Source of the DNA: Squalus acanthias
Taxonomy: Eukaryota
DNA: 64,000 nt
Direction: 5' to 3'
Assembly (NCBI GenBank): GCA_030390025.1
Contig: JASTWF010000171.1
Location: 496,001 to 560,000 of the forward strand
The notes beneath the pieces are model-generated. The model was not told the DNA's origin. It was given only the letters and a program-made list of their open reading frames with translations, and made no database searches. The stretch's first letter is position 1. Each line of letters opens with the position of its first letter. Of the stretch, positions 13,002-25,000 are shown piece by piece. A program made the translations under genes and the position numbers.

Positions 13002-16000
13002 GTGAGTAATGGGGTGTGAGAGGGGCAGTGCCAGGCTGGGTACTGGGCATTAACCCTCGGTCAGTGAGTAATGGGGTGTGAGAGGGGCAGTGCCAGGCTG
13101 GGTACTGGGCATTAACCCTCGGTCAGTGAGTAATGGGGTGTGAGAGGGGCAGTGCCAGGCTGGGTACTGGGCATTAACCCTCGGTCAGTGAGTAATGGGG
13201 TGTGAGAGGGGCAGCGCCAGGCTGGGTACTGGGCATTAACCCTCGGTCAGTGGGTAATGGGGTGTGAGAGTGGCAGCGCCAGGCTGGGTACTGGGCATTA
13301 ACCCTCGGTCAGTGGGTAATGGGGTGTGAGAGGGTCTCAATGCCAGGCTGGGTACTGGGCATTAACCCTCAGTCAGTGGGTAATGGGGTGTGAATGGGTC
13401 TCAGTGCCAGGCTGGGTACTGGGGCTGGAGAAAGAGAGAGACCATGGCGGGGAGTGAGGGACAGGGGCAGTGGGCTGGAGAGTGGAGAGAGAGGTCCACA
13501 GGAACAGGAGTAGAGCATTCAGCCCCTCGAGGCTGTTCCTCCATTCAATTCGATCTTGGTTGATTTGTATCTTAACTCCATTTCCCTGCCTTTGCTCCAT
13601 ATTCCTGATATCCTTACCTAACATAAATCCATCGACCTTAGGTCTGAAAGCTCCAGTTGAGCCCCAGCATCCACACCTTTTGGGGCAGACAGATCCAGAT
13701 TTCCACTACCCTTTGTGTGTAAAAGTGCTTCCTGATTCCGCTCCTGAGCGGTCTGGCTCTAATTTTAAGATTCTGTCCCCTCGTTCTCGATTCACCCACC
13801 AGAGGCACTAGTTTCCCCAGATTGATTCTATCAAATCCTTGTAACATTTTAAACACCTCAATTAGATTCCCCCTCAATCTTCTATACTCAAGGGAATACA
13901 AGCCTAGTCTATGCAACCTGTCCTCATAATTTAACCCTCTAAGCCCCGGTATCACTCTGGATAATCTGCGCTGGATTCCCTCCAAGGCCAGTTTCTCCTG
14001 CCTGAGATGCGATGCCCAGAACTGAACACAGTTACTCCAGATGGGGTCTAACCACTCGGTCCAGCTGTAACAGAACTTCCAGCCCTTGTATTCCAGCCCT
14101 CGAGATAAAGGCCAACATTCCATGAGCTTTTCCCAATCCTTATTGTACCTGTCCACTGGCTTTTAATGATTTCTCCATGTGCTCCTCCACAGGTCAGAGT
14201 TTCCCACCATGTAGAATATATTCAGATTGATCTTTCTTAGCTCCAAAGTGGATGAGCTCTCACTTGCCCACATTGAGGTCCATCTGCCACAGTTTTTCCC
14301 GCTCACTTACTCTCTCAATGACCCTTTGCAACTTGCTGCCCCAATCTACACAATTTACTGGGTCACCTGACTTAGTGTCGTCAGCAAACTGAGATATACA
14401 AGTGTCTGGGGGTTAACTTCGGGAGCCCCCCGCCCCCAACACTGTTAACAACCCGCGCTCAAACACTGAGGTCTGAGAAGCCCGCGGATTCTTGGCCTCG
14501 GACCCCAGTGCACTGGAGATGGCACCTCAGGAGGAGGCCGCGCAGGTCAGTGCTCCAGGTTACAGTAAGGGATGGGCCTGGGTCGCGGGGGTCTGGAGGA
14601 GGAACGGGTGGGCCTCGGAGTCCCTGATCAGGGATCGGGGAGGGAGATTGCAGGACACGGGACTCATCAGGACTACCATCGGGGGGTTGGGATTACTGTC
14701 GGGGTTTGGGAAGGAAGATTGGTGGCCCCGGATGTCTCTCTCTCTCTGTCTGTTGGATTGGGGGTGTGGGGTTGGTGTTTTGGGGTTCATGCCCTGATGT
14801 CTGTGTGTGTGTGGGGTTGGTGTTTTGGGGTTCACGCCCTGATGTCTGTGTGTGTGTGGGGTTGGTGTTTTGGGGTTCACGCCCTGATGTCTGTGTGTGT
14901 GGGGTTGGTGTTTTGGGGTTCATGCCCTGATGTCTGTGTGTGTGTGGGGTTGGTGTTTTGGGGTTCATGTCCTGATGTCTGTCTGTGTGTGTGTGTGGGG
15001 TTGGTGTTTTGGGGTTCATGCCCTGATGTCTGTGTGTGTGTGGGGGGTTGGTGTTTTGGGGTTCACGCCCTGATGTCTGTGTGTGTGTGGGGTTGGTGTT
15101 TTGGGGTTCATGCCCTGATGTCTGTGTGTGTGGGGGGTTGGTGTTTTGGGGTTCACGCCCTGATGTCTGTGTGTGTGTGGGGTTGGTGTTTTGGGGTTCA
15201 TGTCCTGATGTCTGTGTGTGTGTGTGGGGTTGGTGTTTTGGGGTTCATGTCCTGATGTCTGTGTGTGTGTGGGGGTTGGTGTTTTGGGGTTCATGCCCTG
15301 ATGTCTGTGTGTGTGGGGGTTGGTGTTTTGGGGTCATGCCCTGATGTCTGTGTGGGGGGGTTGGTGTTTTGGGGTTCATGCCCTGATGTCTGTGTGTGTG
15401 TGGGGTTGGTGTTTTGGGGTTCATGCCCTGATGTCTGTGTGTGGGGGGTTGGTGTTTTGGGGTTCATGCCCTGATGTCTGTGTGTGTGTGGGGGGGTTGG
15501 TGTTTTAGGGTTCATGCCCTGATGTCTGTGTGTGTGTGGGGGGGTTGGTGTTTTGGGGTTCATGCCCTGATGTCTGTGTGTGTGGGGGTTGGTGTTTTGG
15601 GGTCCATGTCCTGATGTCTCTGTGTGTGTGGGGGGTTGGTGTTTTGGGGTCATGCCCTGATGTCTGTGTGTGTGTGGGGTTGGTGTTTTGGGGTTCATGT
15701 CCTGATGTCTCTGTGTGTGGGGGGGTTGGTGTTTTGGGGTCATGCCCTGATGTCTCTGTGTGTGGGGGGTTGGTGTTTTGGGGTTCATGCCCTGATGTCT
15801 GTGTGTGTGTGTGGTTGGTGTTTTGGGGTTCATGTCCTGATGTCTGTGTGTGTGGGGAGTTGGTGTTTTGGGGTTCATGCCCTGATGTCTGTGTGTGGGG
15901 GGGTTGGTGTTTTGGGGTCATGCCCTGATGTCTGTGTGTGTGTGTGTGGTTGGTGTTTTGGGGTCCATGCCCTGATGTCTCTGTGTGTGGGGGGTTGGTG

Positions 16001-19000
16001 TTTTGGGGTTCATGCCCTGATGTCTGTGTGTGTGGGGTTGGTGTTTTGGGGTTCATGCCCTGATGTCTGTGTGTGTGTGGGGTTGGTGTTTTGGGGTTCA
16101 TGCCCTGATGTCTGTGTGTGTGTGGGTTGGTGTTTTGGGTTCATGTCCTGATGTCTCTGTGTGTGGGGGGTTGGTGTTTTGGGGTTCATGCCCTGATGTC
16201 TGTGTGTGTGGGGTTGGTGTTTTGGGGTTCATGTCCTGATGTCTGTGTGTGTGTGGTTGGTGTTTTGGGGTTCATGTCCTGATGTCTGTGTGTGGGGGGT
16301 TGGTGTTTTGGGGTTCATGCCCTGATGTCTGTGTGTGTGGGGTTGGTGTTTTGGGGTTCATGCCCTGATGTCTGTGTGTGTGGGGTTGGTGTTTTGGGGT
16401 TCATGCCCTGATGTCTGTGTGTGTGGGGTTGGTGTTTTGGGGTCCATGCCCTGATGTCTGTGTGTGTGTGGTTGGTGTTTTGGGGTTCATGCCCTGATGT
16501 CTGTGTGTGGGGGGTTGTTGTTTTGGGGTTCATGCCCTGATGTCTGTGTGTGTGTGGGGGGTTGGTGTTCATGTCCTGATGTCTGTGTGTGTGGGGGGGT
16601 TGGTGTTTTGGGGTTCATGCTCTGATGTCTGTGTGTGTGTGGGGGTTGGTGTTTTGGGGTTCATGTCCTGATGTCTCTGTGTGTGGGGTTGGTGTTTTGG
16701 GGTTCATGTCCTGATGTCTGTGTGTGGGGGGTTGGTGTTTTGGGGTTCATGCCCTGATGTCTGTGTGTGTGTGGGGGGTTGGTGTTTTGGGGTTCATGCC
16801 CTGATGTCTGTGTCTGTGTGTGTGGGGTTGGTGTTTTGGGGTTCATGTCCTGATGTCTCTGTGTGTGTGTGGGGTTGGTGTTTTGGGGTTCATGTCCTGA
16901 TGTCTGTGTGTGGGGGGTTGGTGTTTTGGGGTTCATGTCCTGATGTCTCTGTGTGTGTGTGGGGTTGGTGTTTTGGGGTTCATGTCCTGATGTCTGTGTG
17001 TGTGGGGTTGGTGTTTTGGGGTTCATGCCCTGATGTCTGTGTCTGTGTGTGTGGGGTTGGTGTTTTGGGGTTCATGTCCTGATGTCTGTGTGTGTGTGGG
17101 GGGTTGGTGTTTTGGGGTTCATGCCCTGATGTCTGTGTGTGTGTGGGGGGTTGGTGTTTTGGGGTTCATGTCCTGATGTCTGTGTGTGTGGGGGGTTGGT
17201 GTTTTGGGGTTCATGCCCTGATGTCTGTGTGTGGGGGGGGTTGGTGTTTTGGGGTTCATGCCCTGATGTCTGTGTGTGGGGGGTTGGTGTTTTGGGGTCC
17301 ATGTCCTGATGTCTGTGTGTGTGTGTGTGGGGTTGGTGTTTTGGGGTTCATGTCCTGATGTCTCTGTGTGTGTGTGTGGGGGTTGGTGTTTTGGGGTTCA
17401 TGCCCTGATGTCTGTGTGGGGGGGTTGGTGTTTTGGGGTTCATGTCCTGATGTCTCTGTGTGTGTGTGTGTGGGGTTGGTGTTTTGGGGTTCATGCCCTG
17501 ATGTCTGTGTGGGGGGGTTGGTGTTTTGGGGTTCATGCCCTGATGTCTGTGTGGGGGGGTTGGTGTTTTGGGGTTCATGTCCTGATGTCTCTGTGTGTGT
17601 GTGTGTGTGGTTGGTGTTTTGGGGTTCATGCCCTGATGTCTGTGTGGGGGGGTTGGTGTTTTGGGGTTCATGCCCTGATGTCTGTGTGGGGGGGTTGGTG
17701 TTTTGGGGTTCATGTCCTGATGTCTCTGTGTGTGTGTGTGTGGGGTTGGTGTTTTGGGGTTCATGCCCTGATGTCTGTGTGGGGGGGTTGGTGTTTTGGG
17801 GTTCATGCCCTGATGTCTGTGTGTGGGGGGTTGGTGTTTTGGGGTCCATGCCCTGATGTCTGTGTGTGTGGGGTTGGTGTTTTGGGGTTCATGCCCTGAT
17901 GTCTGTGTGTGGGGTTGGTGTTTTGGGGTTCATGTCCTGATGTCTGTGTGTGTGTGGGGTTGGTGTTTTGGGGTTCATGTCCTGATGTCTCTGTGTGTGG
18001 GGGTTGGTGTTTTGGGGTTCATGCCCTGATGTCTGTGTGTGGGGGTTTGGTGTTTTGGGGTTCATGCCCTGATGTCTCTGTGTGTGGGGGGTTGGTGTTT
18101 TGGGGTTCATGTCCTGATGTCTGTGTGTGTGGGGTTGGTGTTTTGGGGTTCATGCCCTGATGTCTGTGTGTGTGTGGGGTTGGTGTTTTGGGGTTCATGT
18201 CCTGATGTCTGTGTGTGTGGGGTTGGTGTTTTGGGGTTCATGCCCTGATGTCTGTGTGGGGGGGTTGGTGTTTTGGGGTTCATGCCCTGATGTCTGTGTG
18301 TGTGTGGTTGGTGTTTTGGGGTTCATGCCCTGATGTCTGTGTGTGGGGGGTTGGTGTTTTGGGGTTCATGCCCTGATGTCTGTGTGTGTGTGGGGGGTTG
18401 GTGTTCATGTCCTGATGTCTGTGTGTGTGGGGTTGGTGTTTTGGGGTTCATGCCCTGATGTCTGTGTGTGGGGGGTTGGTGTTTTGGGGTTCATGCCCTG
18501 ATGTCTGTGTCTGTGTGTGTGGGGTTGGTGTTTTGGGGTTCATGTCCTGATGTCTCTGTGTGTGTGTGGGGTTGGTGTTTTGGGGTTCATGTCCTGATGT
18601 CTGTGTGTGTGGGGTTGGTGTTTTGGGGTTCATGCCCTGATGTCTGTGTGTGTGGGGTTGGTGTTTTGGGGTTCATGTCCTGATGTCTGTGTGTGGGGGG
18701 TTGGTGTTTTGGGGTTCATGTCCTGATGTCTGTGTGTGTGGGGGGTTGGTGTTTTGGGGTTCATGCCCTGATGTCTGTGTGTGTGTGGGGTTGGTGTTTT
18801 GGGGTTCATGCCCTGATGTCTGTGTGTGTGGGGGTTGGTGTTTTGGGGTCCATGCCCTGATGTCTGTGTGTGGGGGGTTGGTGTTTTGGGGTTCATGTCC
18901 TGATGTCTGTGTGTGTGTGTGGGGTTGGTGTTTTGGGGTTCATGCCCTGATGTCTGTGTGTGGGGGGTTGGTGTTTTGGGGTTCATGCCCTGATGTCTGT

Positions 19001-22000
19001 GTGTGGGGGGTTGGTGTTTTGGGGTTCATGCCCTGATGTCTGTGTGTGGGGTTGGTGTTTTGGGGTTCATGTCCTGATGTCTGTGTGTGGGGGGTTGGTG
19101 TTTTGGGGTTCATGCCCTGATGTCTGTGTGTGGGGGGGTTGGTGTTTTGGGGTTCATGCCCTGATGTCTGTGTGTGGGGGGTTGGTGTTTTGGGGTTCAT
19201 GCCCTGATGTCTGTGTGTGTGTGGGGTTGGTGTTTTGGGGTCATGCCCTGATGTCTGTGTGTGTGTGGTTGGTGTTTTGGGGTTCATGCCCTGATGTCTG
19301 TGTGTGGGGGGTTGGTGTTTTGGGGTTCATGCCCTGATGTCTGTGTGTGTGGGGGGTTGGTGTTCATGTCCTGATGTCTGTGTGTGTGGGTTTGGTGTTT
19401 TGGGGTTCATGCTCTGATGTCTGTGTGTGTGTGGGCTTGGTGTTTTGGGGTTCACAGAATCACAGAATCCCCACAGTGCAGATAGAGGCCATTTCGGCCC
19501 ATCGAGCCTGCACCAACACATATCCCATCCTATCCCCGTAACCCCACGTATTTAATCCCCCCCTCACACTGAGGGTCAATTTATCGTAGCCAAATCAACC
19601 TAACCCGCACATCTTTGGACTGTGGGAGGAAACCGGAGCACCCGGAGGAAACCCACGCAGACACGGGGAGAATGTGCAAACTCCACACAGACAGTCACCC
19701 GTGGCCGGATTCGTACCGGGTCCCTGGCGCTGTGAGGCAACAGGGCTAACCACTATGCCATCGTGTTGCCCTGATGTTTCTGTGTGTGTGTTGGGTTGGT
19801 GTTTTGGGGTTCATGCCCTGAAGCGTATGTGTGTGTGTGTGGGGTTGGTATATTGGGGTTCATGCCCTGATGTTCCTGTGTGGTGGGGGTTGGTGTTTTG
19901 GGGTTCATGCCCTGATGTTCCTGTGTGGTGGGGGTTGGTGTTTTGGGGTTCATGTCCTGATGTCTGTGTGTGTGTGGTTGGTGTTTTTGGCTTCATGTCC
20001 TGATGTCTGTGTGTGTGTGTGTGTGTGTGGTGGTTGGTGTTTTGGGGTTCATGTCCTGATGTCTGTGTGTGGGTGGTTGGTGTTTTGGGGTTCATGTCCT
20101 GATGTCTGTGTGTGTGGGGTTGGTGTTTTGGGGTTCATGTCCTGATGTCTGTGTGTGTGGGGTTGGTGTTTTGGGGTTCACGCCCTGATGTCTGTGTGTG
20201 TGGGGGGGTTGGTGTTTTGGGGTTCATGCTCTGATGTCTGTGTGTGTGTGGGGGGTTGGTGTTTTGGGGTTCATGTCCTGATGTCTCTGTGTGTGGGGTT
20301 GGTGTTTTGGGGTTCATGTCCTGATGTCTGTGTGTGGGGGGTTGGTGTTTTGGGGTTCATGCCCTGATGTCTGTGTGTGTGTGGGGGGTTGGTGTTTTGG
20401 GGTTCATGCCCTGATGTCTGTGTCTGTGTGTGTGGGGTTGGTGTTTTGGGGTTCATGTCCTGATGTCTCTGTGTGTGTGTGGGGTTGGTGTTTTGGGGTT
20501 CATGTCCTGATGTCTGTGTGTGGGGGGTTGGTGTTTTGGGGTTCATGCCCTGATGTCTGTGTCTGTGTGTGTGGGGTTGGTGTTTTGGGGTTCATGTCCT
20601 GATGTCTGTGTGTGTGTGGGGGGTTGGTGTTTTGGGGTTCATGCCCTGATGTCTGTGTGTGTGTGGGGGGTTGGTGTTTTGGGGTTCATGTCCTGATGTC
20701 TGTGTGTGTGGGGGGTTGGTGTTTTGGGGTTCATGCCCTGATGTCTGTGTGTGGGGGGGGTTGGTGTTTTGGGGTTCATGCCCTGATGTCTGTGTGTGGG
20801 GGGTTGGTGTTTTGGGGTCCATGTCCTGATGTCTGTGTGTGTGTGTGTGTGGGGTTGGTGTTTTGGGGTTCATGTCCTGATGTCTCTGTGTGTGTGTGTG
20901 TGTGGGGTTGGTGTTTTGGGGTTCATGCCCTGATGTCTGTGTGGGGGGGTTGGTGTTTTGGGGTTCATGTCCTGATGTCTCTGTGTGTGTGTGTGTGGGG
21001 TTGGTGTTTTGGGGTTCATGCCCTGATGTCTGTGTGGGGGGGTTGGTGTTTTGGGGTTCATGCCCTGATGTCTCTGTGTGTGTGTGTGTGGGGTTGGTGT
21101 TTTGGGGTTCATGCCCTGATGTCTGTGTGGGGGGGTTGGTGTTTTGGGGTTCATGTCCTGATGTCTGTGTGTGTGTGTGTGTGGGGTTGGTGTTTTGGGG
21201 TTCATGCCCTGATGTCTGTGTGGGGGGGTTGGTGTTTTGGGGTTCATGCCCTGATGTCTGTGTGTGGGGGGTTGGTGTTTTGGGGTTCATGCCCTGATGT
21301 CTGTGTGGGGGGGGTTGGTGTTTTGGGGTTCATGCCCTGATGTCTGTGTGGGGGGGTTGGTGTTTTGGGGTTCATGCCCTGATGTCTGTGTGTGTGGGGT
21401 TGGTGTTTTGGGGTCCATGCCCTGATGTCTGTGTGTGTGGGGGGGGTTGGTGTTTTGGGGTTCATGCCCTGATGTCTGTGTGTGGGGGTTTGGTGTTTTG
21501 GGGTTCATGCCCTGATGTCTCTGTGTGTGGGGGGTTGGTGTTTTGGGGTTCATGCCCTGATGTCTGTGTGTGTGGGGTTGGTGTTTTGGGGTTCATGCCC
21601 TGATGTCTCTGTGTGTGGGGTTGGTGTTTTGGGGTTCATGCCCTGATGTCTGTGTGTGTGTGGGGTTGGTGTTTTGGGGTTCATGTCCTGATGTCTCTGT
21701 GTGTGGGGGGTTGGTGTTTTGGGGTTCATGTCCTGATGTCTGTGTGTGTGGGGGGGTTGGTGTTTTGGGGTTCATGCCCTGATGTCTGTGTGTGTGTGGG
21801 GTTGGTGTTTTGGGGTTCATGTCCTGATGTCTGTGTGTGTGGGGTTGGTGTTTTGGGGTTCATGCCCTGATGTCTGTGTGTGGGGGGTTGGTGTTTTGGG
21901 GTCCATGCCCTGATGTCTGTGTGTGTGTGGTTGGTGTTTTGGGGTTCATGCCCTGATGTCTGTGTGTGGGGGGTTGGTGTTTTGGGGTTCATGCCCTGAT

Positions 22001-25000
22001 GTCTGTGTGTGTGTGGGGGGTTGGTGTTCATGTCCTGATGTCTGTGTGTGTGGGGTTGGTGTTTTGGGGTTCATGCCCTGATGTCTGTGTGTGGGGGGTT
22101 GGTGTTTTGGGGTTCATGCCCTGATGTCTGTGTCTGTGTGTGTGGGGTTGGTGTTTTGGGGTTCATGTCCTGATGTCTCTGTGTGTGTGTGGGGTTGGTG
22201 TTTTGGGGTTCATGTCCTGATGTCTGTGTGTGGGGGGTTGGTGTTTTGGGGTTCATGTCCTGATGTCTGTGTGTGGGGGGTTGGTGTTTTGGGGTTCATG
22301 TCCTGATGTCTGTGTGTGTGTGTGGGGTTGGTGTTTTGGGGTCCATGCCCTGATGTCTGTGTGTGGGGGGTTGGTGTTTTGGGGTTCATGCCCTGATGTC
22401 TGTGTGTGTGGGGTTGGTGTTTTGGGGTTCATGCCCTGATGTCTGTGTGTGGGGGGTTGGTGTTTTGGGGTTCATGCCCTGATGTCTGTGTCTGTGTGTG
22501 TGGGGTTGGTGTTTTGGGGTTCATGTCCTGATGTGTCTGTGTGTGTGTGGGGGTTGGTGTTTTGGGGTTCATGCCCTGATGTCTGTGTGTGTGTGGGGGG
22601 TTGGTGTTTTGGGGTTCATGCCCTGATGTCTGTGTGTGGGGGTTGGTGTTTTGGGGTTCATGTCCTGATGTCTGTGTGTGTGGGGGGGGTTGGTGTTTTG
22701 GGGTTCATGCCCTGATGTCTGTGTGTGTGGGGGGTTGGTGTTCATGTCCTGATGTCTGTGTGTGTGGGGGGTTGGTGTTTTGGGGTTCATGCCCTGATGT
22801 CTGTGTGTGTGGGGGGTTGGTGTTCATGTCCTGATGTCTGTGTGTGTGGGTTTGGTGTTTTGGGGTTCATGCTCTGATGTCTGTGTGTGTGTGGGCTTGG
22901 TGTTTTGGGGTTCACAGAATCACAGAATCCCCACAGTGCAGATAGAGGCCATTTCGGCCCATCGAGCCTGCACCAACACATATCCCATCCTATCCCCGTA
23001 ACCCCACGTATTTAATCCCCCCCTCACACTGAGGGTCAATTTATCGTAGCCAAATCAACCTAACCCGCACATCTTTGGACTGTGGGAGGAAACCGGAGCA
23101 CCCGGAGGAAACCCACGCAGACACGGGGAGAATGTGCAAACTCCACACAGACAGTCACCCGTGGCCGGATTCGTACCGGGTCCCTGGCGCTGTGAGGCAA
23201 CAGGGCTAACCACTATGCCATCGTGTTGCCCTGATGTTTCTGTGTGTGTGTTGGGTTGGTGTTTTGGGGTTCATGCCCTGAAGCGTATGTGTGTGTGTGT
23301 GGGGTTGGTATATTGGGGTTCATGCCCTGATGTTCCTGTGTGGTGGGGGTTGGTGTTTTGGGGTTCATGCCCTGATGTTCCTGTGTGGTGGGGGTTGGTG
23401 TTTTGGGGTTCATGTCCTGATGTCTGTGTGTGTGTGTGTGTGTGTGGTTGGTGTTTTGGGGTTCATGTCCTGATGTCTGTGTGTGTGGGGTTGGTGTTTT
23501 GGGGTTCATGTCCTGATGTCTGTGTGTGTGGGGTTGGTGTTTTGGGGTTCACGCCCTGATGTCTGTGTGTGTGGGGTTGGTGTTTTGGGGTTCACGCCCT
23601 GATGTCTGTGTGTGTGTGGGGGGTTGGTGTTTTGGGGTTCATGCCCTGATGTCTGTGTGTGTGTGGTTGGTGTTTTGGGGTTCATGCCCTGATGTCTGTG
23701 TGTGGGGGGTTGGTGTTTTGGGGTTCATGCCCTGATGTCTGTGTGTGTGTGGGGGGTTGGTGTTCATGTCCTGATGTCTGTGTGTGTGGGGGGGTTGGTG
23801 TTTTGGGGTTCATGCTCTGATGTCTGTGTGTGTGGGGGGGGTTGGTGTTTTGGGGTTCATGTCCTGATGTCTCTGTGTGTGGGGTTGGTGTTTTGGGGTT
23901 CATGTCCTGATGTCTGTGTGTGGGGGGTTGGTGTTTTGGGGTTCATGCCCTGATGTCTGTGTGTGTGTGGGGGGTTGGTGTTTTGGGGTTCATGCCCTGA
24001 TGTCTGTGTCTGTGTGTGTGGGGTTGGTGTTTTGGGGTTCATGTCCTGATGTCTCTGTGTGTGTGTGGGGTTGGTGTTTTGGGGTTCATGTCCTGATGTC
24101 TGTGTGTGGGGGGTTGGTGTTTTGGGGTTCATGCCCTGATGTCTGTGTCTGTGTGTGTGGGGTTGGTGTTTTGGGGTTCATGTCCTGATGTCTGTGTGTG
24201 TGTGGGGGGTTGGTGTTTTGGGGTTCATGCCCTGATGTCTGTGTGTGTGTGTGGGGTTGGTGTTTTGGGGTTCATGTCCTGATGTCTCTGTGTGTGTGTG
24301 TGTGGGGTTGGTGTTTTGGGGTTCATGCCCTGATGTCTGTGTGGGGGGGTTGGTGTTTTGGGGTTCATGTCCTGATGTCTCTGTGTGTGTGTGTGTGGGG
24401 TTGGTGTTTTGGGGTTCATGCCCTGATGTCTGTGTGGGGGGGTTGGTGTTTTGGGGTTCATGCCCTGATGTCTCTGTGTGTGTGTGTGTGGGGTTGGTGT
24501 TTTGGGGTTCATGCCCTGATGTCTGTGTGGGGGGGTTGGTGTTTTGGGGTTCATGTCCTGATGTCTCTGTGTGTGTGTGTGTGGGGTTGGTGTTTTGGGG
24601 TTCATGCCCTGATGTCTGTGTGGGGGGGTTGGTGTTTTGGGGTTCATGCCCTGATGTCTGTGTGTGGGGGGTTGGTGTTTTGGGGTCCATGTCCTGATGT
24701 CTGTGTGTGTGGGGTTGGTGTTTTGGGGTTCATGCCCTGATGTCTGTGTGGGGGGGGGGTTGGTGTTTTGGGGTTCATGTCCTGATGTCTGTGTGTGGGG
24801 GGTTGGTGTTTTGGGGTTCATGTCCTGATGTCTGTGTGTGTGTGGGGGTTGGTGTTTTGGGGTTCATGTCCTGATGTCTGTGTGTGGGGGGTTGGTGTTT
24901 TGGGGTTCATGCCCTGATGTCTGTGTGTGTGTGGGGTTGGTGTTTTGGGGTTCATGTCCTGATGTCTGTGTGTGTGTGGGGTTGGTGTTTTGGGGTCCAT

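Noticed and set aside
19700-19771. tRNA genes here and near 11200 and 44240
   Set aside because: These are tRNA-derived SINE heads followed by SINE cores, not complete cloverleaves
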